A DNA stretch of 64,000 bases from Cladosporium halotolerans (taxonomy: Eukaryota). The stretch covers positions 310,001 to 374,000 of the forward strand of contig NW_027191471.1 of NCBI RefSeq assembly GCF_011745625.1. Reading direction: 5' to 3'. Position 1 is the stretch's first letter, and every line of letters begins with the position of its first letter. Positions 37,449 through 50,121 of the stretch are shown here, piece by piece. A program made the translations under genes and the position numbers. Below the pieces are notes generated by a model, which was not told the DNA's origin, searched no databases, and saw only the letters and a list, made by a program, of their open reading frames with translations.

Positions 37449-40400
37449 TTACAACCCCGTAATCTTCTTCAACCAGCTCCCAGCCTTACTCTCCCCGCGG
37501 CCCGGCATCGCCGGCCTGCCGTCGAAAGTCTTCACGCCGTCCATGCTGTCGTAGCCCATCGAATTCACCGCGCCGCCACGGCTACCCCTCCCACCAGGCG
37601 CACCACCGCGCCTCCGCTCGGGATCCTCAGTGCTATAGCCGTCCAGATCGCGGTGTCGGCCCATCGCCTTCCGGCGCGAATGCCTCAGCTCGCGCGCCGT
37701 GAGGTCCTCGTCCATGATGTTGCCGTCGGGGGTGTTGTCGGCCGCAAAATGGACCGGCGCGTCGATGATGGTGCCCTCGACGGGCGGGGGAGGAGGGGGG
37801 TCGGAGGAGACGGAGTGGACCCAGGAGGCGGTCTTGTCCTTGCCGGTCTTGACGGTGGGCGGCGGGGCGCCGCCGTCGGGGTTGTCGTCGCCGTAGGGCG
37901 GGTGCTCGCCGTTGCGCGTGTCGAAGTAGCCGTCGACGGGCGCGGGGCGCTCGGAGCGTCGTCGCGAGTGGCGGGGGCGCTCTTTGTCGGCGGCTTCGTG
38001 GCGCATGCGGCGCTCTTCGTGCCGGATGCGGCGCGCTTCGTCGTCGTCCGGGTGGTGGGAGCGGCGGCGTTCGCCTCGGGGGCGGGCAGCGGCGGCAGCG
38101 GCAGCGGCGTCGTCCTCCATGCGAGCTTGGTCGCGTTGGCGGCGTCGTTCGCGGCGTTCGGCAGCTTTGGCTTCGTCGTCCTGGGCGACACGGTCTTCTT
38201 CCGCGCGGCGAGCCTCGCGCTCAGCGTGTCTGACTTTGCGCTCCTCGCGCCTGCGCTCGTCTTCCTCCTGCACGAGGCGATCACGCTCAGCACGTCGGGC
38301 TTCATGGCGAGCGAAGCGCTCCGGGTCTTCAGCCATCAAACGCTCTCTGCGCTCACGGCGCTCGGCTCTGCGAGCTTCGCGGGCGACGGGGTCTTCAGCA
38401 TCTGTACCGTGGCCACCGTCAGGGTGTCCTTCGCCGTCAGCAGAGCGCTGACCGCGGTGGAGCCTCCTATCCTCACGGCGCAAGCGCTTAGAAGCTTCAT
38501 CATCATAAGCAGAGCCACGCTTGCGACGGGCACCATCGTAGTCGCTCTCGTACGCGCGGGTACTCTGATGACGTTCCATCGCCGGTCGTCCAGACAGCGC
38601 GCCCAAAATACCGCCGATAATGCCAGGCTTCTTCATGGAATCGCTGCGCTTGAGCGGCGACGGCTTGTCGACGAAAGCGATATCGTCCGGCCCCGAAGTG
38701 ACCTTGGCCTCGTCGCGCGGCGCGTCGACCATGACGGCGTCCTCGTTGCCGAGCGCGCCAGACATGTAAGCCGAGTCACGCTTGGAGCGGCGGGACTTGT
38801 GCCCGCCGCGCTCTCGCGGCGGCTCCTCGGCGTTCGGCGAGTCGACCATGACCATGTCGTCGCTGTCGAGCGCGTAAGGGTCGGGGACCTTGCGCGCCTT
38901 GCGCTCCTTGAGGGTGCCGCTTCTGCCGGTGAAGCCCATGACTTTCGCAGCTTTGGCCGCGACATCCTTCGCGCCGATGTCCTCGGGCGGCGGCGACACG
39001 AGGCCGTTGTCGTCGACAGCCGTGGAGTGGCGGCGAGAAGGCCTCGGCGCGTCTCTGGACGAGTGCTGACGCGTCGACTTCGAGCGCGACATAGGCGGCG
39101 GCGCGGTGCCGAACATGCCGCCGAGGCTCATGCCGCGCGAAGGCGTCGGGCGCGACTTGCTCTCCTTGTCGGAGCCAGAAGACTTAGACGTCTTGTCAGT
39201 AGGGTCGCGCTCTGACGGCTTGCGCGCAGACTTGGAGCGCGAAAGATTAGCAGGTCTCTCCTTGACGGGCGAAGAGGGCTTGCTCCTGGAGCTGGACTTG
39301 GGAGGCGGGGCTTGCGCGCCCCAGAAGCCCCAGGACTGCGAGCCTTGGTCGCGCACGACCTTGGGGCGCTCTTTCCTGGACGAGCGCGGCTCCTCCTTGT
39401 CTTTGGAGCGCGACGAGTGCTCCTTGCTGCGCGACTTCTCGGGCTTCTCGGGCGGTGGCGTGGGCATGGGCGTGTCGTCCAATCCGAGCAGGTCGTCGGC
39501 GGGGGTTTCTTCTCTCTTGGAAGAAGACTTGGAAGACTTGCTGGACTTCTTCTCCTTGTCTTTGCTGCTGGAAGATTTCTTCGGCGCGGGCGCGGGCATG
39601 TCTTCCTGATTGGGCGGGAAGTAGTCGTCGACAGGGAAGCCTCCGGGGATGGGGGTGGAAGAGTCGGCGATGGGCGGCGACGCGCTTTCCTTCTTGTCTT
39701 TCTTTGACGACGACGACGAGGACTTCTTCCTGTCCTTGTCCTTGGACGAAGACTTCTTCTCCTCGACGGGCGACAACACGTCAACAACGGGGTCAGGGTC
39801 CGCGAGCAGGTCGCGTTCGGGCGGCGGGGCGGACGACTTGGAGGACTTCTTGGAATCCTTGGACTTGACGGGCGGCTCTGGGTCGGCCTGCTGCAGGGCC
39901 TTGATGCGATCTTGGATCTTGGAGCTCTTGCTGGACTTGGGCCGCGATGCGTCGACGGGGTCGTCAGCAAAGCTGACTTCTGGCATCTTCGCATCGGGCG
40001 TTGCGAACGCGTCCTCATTGGCCGGCGCGGGCGAGGCAATCTCCTTTGGCGCGGCCTTCTTGCTGGACTTGAGCGACGCGCCCCAGAATCCCCAGCCGTC
40101 GGCTTTCGGCGCCTCCCGCGCTTCATCTTCCGCCAACGGCTCCGGCTCCGGCTCCGGCTCCGCAGGCGGGGGCGGCTCGTCCTTGGACTTCTTGCTGGAC
40201 TTGCTGTCCTTGCTGTCGGTCTTGGTGAGCTTGCCCTTCTTGTCCTTGGACGAGGATTTCTTAGCCGCCGCAGGAGGCGCTTCTTCTGCGACGTCGAGCA
40301 AATCACCCGCATCGTCGCCCATCGCAGCGGCGAAAGCCTCTTCGTCCGCCTTCTTCTGCGCCTCCTCGTCAGCCAGCCTCTGCGCCTCTTCCGCAGCAGC

Positions 40401-43400
40401 CTTCTCCTCCTTCTCTCTCTTCTCCTTCTCCTTCTTCTCCTTCTCCTTGTCTTTAGAAGAAGACTTGCTGCTGCCCCACAGACTGCTGCCCCAGCCGCCA
40501 GAAGATGACTTCGACTTCTTCTCCTCTTTCTTCTCTGGCTCCGGCGCAGGCTCTTCGGCCGGCGGCGCCTCGTCGACGACATCAACAATATCGTCCGGCG
40601 ACTCCGCCTTCGAGTCCTTCGACTTCGTCTTCTCCAACTTCGCGTCGTCGCCCTTCTTGCCCTTCTTGTCCTTCTTAGACTTCGTCGCCGTGCCAAAAGA
40701 CCAAGGATCGTCCGCCGGCGCAGGCTCCGGCTCAGCGACATCGACCAGCGGAGCAGCCTCAGGTTCCGGAGGCGGGGGCTCAGCGGCCGCAGCGCCCTTC
40801 TTGCCCTTCTTCTTGTCCTTCTTGCCCGTCGTCCAGCTGGCCCAGGGATCCTCCTCGGCGGACTTCTCCTGCACGGACTCCGGCAGGACGACGGAGGCGT
40901 CCGGGCTGGGCTCGACGGAGACCTCGACGGCGGCATCCTTGCTCTTGTCGCCGCCCTTCTTCTTCTTCTCCTTCTTGCCCGTCGCCCAGCTGCCCCAGGG
41001 GTCGTCTTCGGCCTTGGGCTCGTCGACGGCCGCGGGCGCGAGGACTGGCTCAGGTTCAGGCTCCGGGACAGGTTCAGGTTCAGGCGAGGCCTTGCCCTTC
41101 TTCTTCTTCTTGTCCTTCGTCGAGCTGCCCCAGCCGAAACTCCAGTCGTTCGACTCCGGCGCGGGCTCAGGTTCCGGGGCCGCAGGCGGCGGGGGAGGCG
41201 GGGGCTCTTCGACGGCGGCAGCGCCCTTCTTGCCCTTCTTCTTCTTGCCCGTGTCGCCCCACCCGCCGCCGAACCAGTCGTCAGCGGGCGCCTCGGCCGC
41301 GGGCGGAGGCGGGGGATCTTCGACGGCGGGCGGGGCGGCGGGCTCGTCGATTGCGCCCCAGTCGAAAGCGCCCTTCTTCTTCTTGTCCTTCTTCGACGTC
41401 GGCGCGGCGCCCCAGCCGCCAAAGTCGTCCGCGGGCGGCTCGGCGGGGGGTTCGGGCTCGGGCTCTGGAGGCGGTGGAGGAGGCTCTTCGGCGGCGAGCA
41501 GGCCCTTCTTCTTGGCCTTCTTCTTTTCCTTGGCCGTCATGCCGAAGCCACCCCACATGTCGTCGTCCTTCTTCTCTTCCGCAGGGGGCTCAGGCTCAGG
41601 CGGGGGAGGCTCTTCGACGGGTGGTTCGGGCTCGGGAGGCGGCGGAGGCGGGTCGTCAGCGACGAGCAAGCCCTTCTTCTTCGCCTTCTTCTTCTCCTTG
41701 GCCGTCATGCCGAAGCCGCCCCACATGTCGTCGTCCTTCTTCTCCTCGGCCGGAGGCTCAGGCTCAGGCTCCGGCTCCGGGACGACGACGACAGGCTCCG
41801 GCTCAGGCTCGGGCTCCGCCTTGCCCTTCTTCTTCTTCTTGTCTTTCTTCGACGTCGTGAACCCCCACGGATCATCCTCAGGCGGCTTCTCGGGCTCCGG
41901 CGGGGGAGGCGGCGGCGCCTCGACAGCAGGCTCAGGTTCGGGCTCCGGCTCCCACGAGAAAGCAGCGGCCGCGGCGCCCTTCTTCTTCTTCTTATCCTTC
42001 TTTGCCGGGATCGCCGCCCACGGGTCCTCTTCCTCCTTCTTCTCTTCAGTCGCCGCGCCGAATGCAGGCGCCGCATCCCCAGCGGGTTCATCGAGCCCGA
42101 AGTCGAACGCGCCCTTCTTCTTGTCCTTCTTCGTCGACGCGAAGCCCCAGCCGGAGTCGTCGGCCTTCGCGTCGTCCTTGCTGCTGTCGCCGAAGCCCCA
42201 GGACGAACCGCCGCCGCCCGCGCCCGCGCCGGAGCCCCAGCCGCCGCCCCAGCCGCCGAAGCCGGAGTCCTTGGTGCCGCCTATGTCGACGTCGAGCTGC
42301 GGCGCGCCCTTGTCGTCGTTGAGGTTGACGTCGTCGAAGCCCTTGTCGGCCGCAGCCGGCGGGGGCTCGGGGTCGGCCTGCCGAGTGGTTAGTTGGGGAG
42401 CTGCTTTGCGGCGAGGCATTGTCTATCGCGTCCGCGACATTGTAGGTCGGTGCGGTGGGAGGGCGACGGGGTCGCGTGAGCTACTTCTAGCGCGCGTGTA
42501 GATGTACAGCAAGGTATGGCTGGGGCTAGAGTTCGAGGGCGGTATGCAGGGTGATGTGCGGAGGCCTAGAAGCTCTGCGGCCGCATGTAACAGCTCTCTA
42601 GCTAGCTAGCTAGCTCGCTCGCCCGCTTGCTGTAGGCGCGGCACGGGTAAATCACATCATATGGCGGTGAAGCATACATGTGCGCCCAACGCGATATGGA
42701 GAATTAAGCGCCAGAGAAGCGAAAGAGAAGATATAACTCACCTTGCCCTTCTTGCCCTTCTTCTTCTTGCCCGTGGAGAATCCCCACATGTCGTCCGCGG
42801 CCGCCTCGGCGGGCGCTGCGGGCTCCGGAGCCGGCGGTTCGGGCTCAGGTTCGGGCTCGGGTTCTGGCGGTGGGGGATCGGGCTCCGCCGCCTTGCCCTT
42901 CTTGCCTTTCTTCTTCTTGCCAGCGGTCGCGAAACTGCCCCAATCGTCCTCTGGAGGGTCGGCCGGAGGGTCAGGAGGAGGCGCGTCGCCGCCTTCAGCA
43001 GCAGCAGCTTCCTCGGCCTTCTTCGCCTCTTCCTCCTCCTTCTTCTTCTCCTCGTCTTCGAACTCCTCCCTGCAATCAAAGTCAGCTCTCCCTCCAATGC
43101 CGCGAACGACCACCGTCCGACAAAAACCTACCAAGCATTCTTCTTTTTCTTCTTCTTGTTCTTCTTCCCGCCCCCCACCGCGCCCCAAATATCGTCCGGG
43201 TCCTCTCCTCCTCCGCCTCCACCATCACCACCAGGCGGATCTCCACCACCTCCATCGCCTCCTCCGGCATCACCGCCGCCATCTCCAGCCCCATCGCCGC
43301 CCGCGGCCCCGTCCGCGTTCTCCTCCTCCTTCTTCTCCCCGTCGTCGTCCGCCCACTTGTCCTTCTGCGCCTGCTTGGCCGCCTTCTTGGCCTTCTTGTT

Positions 43401-43844
43401 CGCGTGCGCGCGCACGCCCGCGGGCCGCGTGAGGTCGACTTCCTCGTCCGGGCGGCGCGGCTGCGATTGAGGGTTGGCGTCGGGCTTTGCGTCCTCGAAA
43501 AGGCTCTGCGCGGCGGCTAGGGCGGTCGTGCCGGTGTAGTCGGGCGGTGTGTCGGCGAGGGTTTCTTCGTAGGAGGGCGGAGGCGGGGGAAGGAGCAGGT
43601 CCAGCGTCTGCGTTCGGGTTTGTTGACGGTGCTGACAGTCGAGAGCGTAGGATTCGCCCAGTCCTCCTCGGCCCTTCTCAGAGCGTCTGCGCCTGCCATT
43701 CTGCGAATCCCTCCAAAGCCCAGCGATCGCCGCGAGCTTGACGCTCAGCCGCTCATCCCGCCCCGTTTCCTTCGGCGCGCGATTTGAGGCGGGCCAGCGC
43801 GGCGCAGGGAGGCCGCCGGTGTATGAGGTGACGGCAGCTGCCAT
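37449..43844 (-). CDS. ~1990-aa low-complexity, probably disordered protein with repeated acidic-W/F plus Lys-rich motifs
   Basis: Exons 43844-43132, 43069-42742 and 42377-37449 join in frame (5970 nt) through introns 43070-43131 and 42378-42741. Start codon less certain. Confidence 0.8.
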
Positions 43845-44406
43845 TGGGGGAGTCGAACGCGAAACTGCTGTGGAGCGCCGGGGCTGGGATCATTGAAGGC
43901 GATTAGTCGGGATGCGGGAATATGTCGCGCGCGGGGTTCGGGGTTCGTGAGGGTGCGGAGAATAATGGACGACTGGGGCTGCTTGCGTCGTCGTCGTCCG
44001 AAGCGGGAGAGGTGCGTGGGTAGACAGGACGGTAAGGTGGTCCAGGGATTATCGAGAGAGGTGTGCGTGCGTGCGTGCGTGTGTGTGTGCGGCCGTTTCC
44101 AAGCAAAAGCGTTGCCAGCCAGCCAGCAGCAACAGATGGCCCGGGAGCGTGAGCGCTGATTGCTCCAGTCCGGGGGAGGGTGTGGTCGCTGCGCCGGGTG
44201 TTCCAGTCAAAGCCCGGGCGCCTTGCCCGCTTGAGAAGTGTTGGAAACCCCTGCGGCAGGGAGGCGTTTTCGCCAACTGTGTATCAGGCCAATCGGTGCC
44301 GAGAGTTGGCGGGCGAGACACGCCGCGCCTGGCGAGTGTCCTGCGCGGTTCGGGGAGGGGTGTTTGTCGTGTGGGTGTCTGTCTGCTGGGCGGGTGGGCG
44401 TGGCAG

Positions 44407-44450
44407 CAGTCAGTCAGTCAGTCAGTCAGTCAGTCAGTCAGTCAGTCAGT
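44407..44450. repeat. (CAGT)11 microsatellite
   Basis: Perfect tetranucleotide run. Confidence 0.95.
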
Positions 44451-46209
44451 AGCAGTTAGTGCCAGCCGTGCCAGCAGTGGGAAGAACCGGAGCCGGCAGC
44501 GTTATAAAGATGCAGGGCAGGCTGGCTGGGTGCAGTAGGTATGTCATGAGAGTTGCTGAGCCGACGACCGAGCGCGCGACAGGATGCAGATTTTTCCCAG
44601 CGTCACCGTCCGCTGCTCGCTGGCGCACGACCTACCTTGCCTGGCCCGCAAGCTACGTGGAGAGGGCGTATGCAGTCGTGCTAGACGGACGGGCGCAGCG
44701 ACAAACCGCTGCAGGCTGGGAGGAGGCAGGGCGCGGCCAGGTGCGCTGGAGCCGGCCTCACCGCCAGACACGGCTTCGCAAGCGCGGCGCGAGCAGCGCG
44801 CGGGCCGCTGCCGCCATGGGGATGTGGTGGGGCAGAAGCAGCGTCGTCGTCGTCCTGAATGGTCTGCGCGTGTGTCTCGAGGCTCGCACGCCTGCAGTAG
44901 CAGCCGCCGCCGGCGATGTGTCCTGCTCCACCCCTCGTCTCGTCACCCACGCGCAGCGCCAATCGGGCACACGGTGGACGTCAGGGAAACGCGGTATGGC
45001 GAGCGGTCGCAGGCTGTGCCCGACCGTGACCGCCGGATTGACGACACGCCCGGTGGGCGCTGCACGACATCACATCATCCACCCGGCGGGTCACCGCGAG
45101 GCAATCGGCGGCAGCCCATCCCAGATCTGCCCTGCGTTCTTGACCAGATGGCGGCGGATGCGTGCGTAGTAGGTGTGTGCTGGACGGCGATACCGTCTGG
45201 AAGGGTGGTCGCCCTCCTCGCCAGGCTCGCGGCGAGTCCAGGCCTATACCGCCACTGCTTGACGGTCTGCATGGCGGCGGGCCCGCCCCGTTCGGGTGCC
45301 CAACGTCTGCTGACTACCCACGATGCAGTGGGTGCGCCGTGGCGGGGCGAGTGAGGGCGAACGGTCGAGTAGGAAGAGGCAGTAGAGGCAACGTAGCCGG
45401 GCGAGTAGTGACTACTACTGCTGAGGAGCATATCCCGCGCGTTGCCTCGCTTACAGATAGCCATAATGATAATATAGATGTGACGCCGGACTCAGTCCTG
45501 CACGCGCTCATCGTTGAGCTCGGAAATGTGAAGTCGTGGTAGTGGATGTTTGACGGACGGGGTGGAGCACTCTGCATGATTCATCGAAAGACCTGGACTG
45601 CGCAAGGCCCGCTTGCAAGGCTTCAGACTCGAGAAGAGCAAGTCTCGTCACGGAGCAACAGACACGGAAAGCAACGACGATCATAAAGCACACACATTGA
45701 TGAAACTTGAAAGAGAATGAGGACAATTTGTTTTCATTCCGCGTATCCGCGTTATCAGTATCGAGTGATTCACAGCTCGGAGTGACAATTGTTAACGGTT
45801 CCCTCAGCCACGTCGCTCTGCAGACCCAAGTGACCCACCAGCTGACGTTGTAGGCCGGGACCTGAGCTTTCTACGAGTACAAGATATCCAAAATTTGTCT
45901 CTGCTCGGGCTATTCCAAGATGTTCCGAGTATGCTTTTTTTGTTGTTTTCAACTTTCCGTGGTCGTGCCCAATGGCAGAGTCGAAGCCCGAGTGATGTGA
46001 ATCGTTAAGAAAAGTCGTAGCCGCCGTGGCCGCGGCGTTCACCGCATGGAAAGGCCCGGCTGGCTTTCAGGAAAGGAAAAATGGGGTTTTCTGACCGACA
46101 CGCCGACCGCAAGCCATGTTGTGTCGTGCGTCGATCGCTGTTGTCGTCAGGAGGAGCTTCGCAGCCCGAGCAAAGCCCAGAGCAGAGTGGAGCCCTTGAC
46201 GGGAGCAAC

Positions 46210-47815
46210 TCAAGCGTCGCCTCCAGCCTTCTCGACGGGCTCAGCAGGCGGAGCGGCACCGAACTCCTCGTCCTTGTCGACGTTCCAAAGAATGAAGGGA
46301 CCGGAGTACATGCGCTGGCCGTAGCCGTCGCTCGGGCACCACCAGCGGCCGACCATGAGCCTGCCGCCGGGGAGCATGATGCCCTCGTAGGCCCACAAGG
46401 CGTCCATGTCGATGTTGCCGTCCTCGACGAAGTACTTCATCATGGTGATACGCTGCCAGCCCGGGATGCCGTGCTGCGGCGGAAGCGGGTTCAGCCAGCC
46501 GTCGGCGAAGAAGTTCTCAGAGCTGTCCTGACCGCCGCCCTGGAAGCGAAGGGACTGGGTGGCGAAATCGATCGGGTTGGACTCGGAATCGGCGTTGCTG
46601 CTCCTCTGAGCGCGGGTCCTGGCCCTGCTGGCGGGCATAGTCAAAGACTGCAAATGGTGCTCGAAGACCGGCGGCCAAGACCTCTGAGACTCGTCGGAAG
46701 CGTTAAGGTTGAGTTCCTGAAACGCGTGGTCCGGGTCCTCTTCGCCGTTCAGCTGGTCAAGGATGGCCTCTTCATGGTGAAGACCACCGCGGATCATGTC
46801 GATCTCCTCACGGTCGACGAAAGCATAGCTGCCCTTCCACTTGCCACCGAGGGGCTGGGTGCCCTGCGACAGCTCGGAAACCCACCAGTGCGGACGGTCG
46901 AGCTCCTTGAGGGCCTCAAAGGCCGGACGCAGGACCTCGCCCTCGTGAATGAGGTGGCAGCGCCAGTACTGAATGTTGCGAAGAAGCCACTGCATATTGA
47001 CGTCGAGGCCTGATGGACCGAAAATGATGGGGGTTGTAACGTTGTTGGCGTAGACCATCGACTGGGCGTACGGGAAACCGTAGTGGTGATCGACGTGCCA
47101 ATCATCGAAGGACAGGAGAGCTGGGGCAAGAAGGCATTGGATCGTGTAGAGGAAGCCAACGTGAGCAGGCAGCGGTGTAGCCGTCTGGCCCGCGAACCTG
47201 TTGCTGTCGCATCCGACGATCTGAATCAAGTTGGTCTTGCCGACGAACTTGATGAGGTGGGCAATGTTCTTAGATTCGTAGATGATTCCGGCCTTGGTGG
47301 TCTTGTTCTTGTTGTGAGCCTCTGTAATCATGTTAGCGCACTGCCGCATCGTTTGCAAATAATTATGAGGAGCCTCACCCTTGATCAAGTCCTTGAGAAC
47401 GGCGAGCGCATTCTTCTCGTTGCCGCGAATGCCCAGCCCGAACTGGAGTTGCGGCTTGACGCCAAGCTTCTGCGACTTGACGTCGATAACGTGAAGGACG
47501 CTCTGACGCTGCTTGTAGGCGTCACGGAACTTAGCGTTATCGTTAAAACGCTTGCCAGTGGGCACCCAGGCAGGAGAGTCGAAGAAGTCCAGGAAGCGAC
47601 GGCGCCAGAAGGAACACCCATCAGCTTCAACAGCGTCAAGAGTGGCAGTGCAGACTGCCATGAAGCTGAGAAGGTCCTTGTCAGAGAGGTTGGAGCCAAT
47701 CTGCTGGTTGATCTGTGAGGTAAGTTGTTAGTCAGGCACGTTGCCCTTGCCGGCGATTTGGAGCCTGTGGACATACCTCGATTGGCAAAGAGGCGAAGGC
47801 TTGCTTCGTAGCCAT
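46210..47815 (-). CDS. F-box domain protein
   Basis: Spliced N-terminus FASLPIE|INQQIGSNLSDKDLLSFMAVC..FWRRRF. Intron 47713-47776 and probable in-frame intron 47322-47378. Confidence 0.8.
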
Positions 47816-48580
47816 GGTGATGGTGTTTGCTGATCTTTGGAGGCAGAGGTGCTTGCTTGATGTCTTGTTTGCGCCCTCCTATGACCAGGAAGGAGCAGAG
47901 TTGGAGTAGGTGTGGGAGGTTGTCGGTGGTCGGGAGGAGAAGGTGACAATGACAGCAGGAAGGCCACTCTTTATAGAAAGGGACCTTGCGATTTTCACAT
48001 GCTCATGCAGAGTACTCGCGGCGACCTTTGCTGCCTAAGCACGAGTGAAACACGCTCGCGGAGCGGTGGAGTGAGGTAGCGCCTGGGCTGCTAGAATGAT
48101 GAGGTAAGTTATCATATGACGAAGGGTCATTGTATGTTATTGACCGCGCTCCATCCAAGGATGAGATGCTGCTCATACAATTAGGGACTGCAGCAGCGTA
48201 TTACCATTCGCTGGTAACCATAGATGCAGCGCTTGCCCAAGACGAGCACTTTGCCACCAGCGACGCAGACCTCAATGCGGCCACTCATTGAGCGACTTGC
48301 GCCCTTTCACGAGACAGCAGCAAGTGATTCTGGGCGTTCCTCAATCACCCATATCAATTCTTTTCGGCTTCGCACACTCACATGTCGACCCGGGCGCTCA
48401 GCCGAATGTGAAGACGCTAGCAGTGCAGAATCCGAAGCATCTGACAGAGGATCGAAGCCAGGAGAATGATGCGAGAAAGAGCAATGCAATCGGCGGAAGA
48501 TGTATACCGGACGACATTGGGATTACGCAGGTACCAATGCATGCTGCCAAAGGCGTTTCGCGCGTATCGGACATGCCGCT

Positions 48581-50121
48581 TCAAAGGAAGAAAGCCAGAG
48601 CACAAACCACAACGGCAAGCGCGCCCATGCTGTCAATCCTGCGCGCCGAAGTAGCAGTGCTATCGGAAGCAGTGGAGGATGGCGATTCTGCAGACGCATC
48701 ACCAGTACTGGCCGACGTCGAAGTATCCGTAGTGCCTGTCCCGTTGGGCCTTTCTGTTGCACTGTCCAATGTCCCTGTTCGCCAGTTCCATTAGCATACC
48801 TTAAGCAAATCAGACTGGCTGGCAGCTACTTACCTTCGATGCGAGTAATCATATAAATCTCTCCGGTCCAATCCGAGCTCATGAACAGCCGGCCATTACC
48901 ATCCCAGGCCAACCCAACAGGCCTGAAGCATGCGCTTGGGCAAGCCGAGAGATCTGGATTGGAGACAATGTCGACTGCAGCGGTTCTGCTATCGCTGGGT
49001 TCGACAGGTTCGCCATTAGCAAATTCAACCACGCTCAACTTGTACCCAATGGGCTCCTCTCTGTTCCAGCTGCCATGAAAGGAAATCCAGGCCTGCGTGC
49101 CTTCAGAGTTGAATTTGATGTCGAGAGGTGCCATGTGGGAATCGAAGACCAGGCGAGGCGGGATGCGTTCTCCGCAAATCTGATCGTTGTTCGTCGAGTT
49201 CTGATCGTTTGGAGCAAACTGTTCGCCGGTCTGGCCTTGGAAGTCCGGAAGATCGTCAACTTCCCAGGCTGAGAAGCAATCTGGATATCCGAAGTTTTGG
49301 CCTTGATTGGGACTTTCGGTCCCATTGAGATATCCCAAGAAGTTCAGCTCTTCGGCGGGATTGTTCTCGTGGATGTCTTCTCCAGATCTGTTGAGTCTAT
49401 CGCCACTATTCTCAACAGCCCAAATGCCGCCACCATTGGGCTCTTCTGCAATACCAACGTTGTTTCGAAGTCCCCAACCGAGAAGCACACCGTCGCCGTT
49501 GAAGTCTAGCGGCGAGGTGATGCCTGTTATGTTGAAGGCCTTGACTTGGCTGTGGCCAGATTCGATGTCGCGCGCTTCGAAGTCTATATTTCCAAAGCTT
49601 CCGCGGTTGACCACGATCATTCCCGGAGCAGCGCGCGAGAGTAGCAATGTCCTGGATGTATGATCTGTACCCTCCATGTTTTCGACCAGTGTGCTCGCCT
49701 CGGAAGTCACCTGACGTTCGGCACCGGAATAGCTCCAGGAGTATAGCTTATCCGAATTTGATGCGTACAGAGTCCCGCCATCAGAGGACAATTCGATGCC
49801 ATGGTTGAGCGTGACATCAGTTATAATGGTGTCCTGGGAGGCGACAGTGACACAAGATCCGCCGTCATCATCGAAACTCAGAGCCGTTATGCCAACGCCT
49901 TCTTCTACTACCAGGAGATTCCCGTCGTTGTCAAACTTGATGCCGCGTGGGGAGTCCAGTCCATTTGCCACCAAGCGGGCGACATAGCCGCTGGCGACTG
50001 AAGGACCGCTATATGCGGCCGTCAAGGTCGAAGAACACGATTCTGTTCCGGAGATGCTACTGGACTGAGCGCTGATGCTTACGACCAAGAAAGCCAAAGA
50101 GGCGATGATATTCTTATCCAT
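48581..50121 (-). CDS. Secreted PQQ-dependent sugar dehydrogenase beta-propeller (AA12-like), probably GPI-anchored
   Basis: Signal peptide; PRGIKFD, LNHGI, HTSRTL, GWGLRN, NPAEELN, HMAPLDI, FHGSW, CFRPVGL. Intron 48775-48833 adds an S/T-rich linker and hydrophobic tail. Confidence 0.88.

Noticed and set aside
39649..42501. 950-aa plus-strand ORF and other long overlapping ORFs (37653-39215, 39128-41422, 46081-47013)
   Set aside because: Shadow frames of GC3-rich genes; their composition mirrors the real coding strand.
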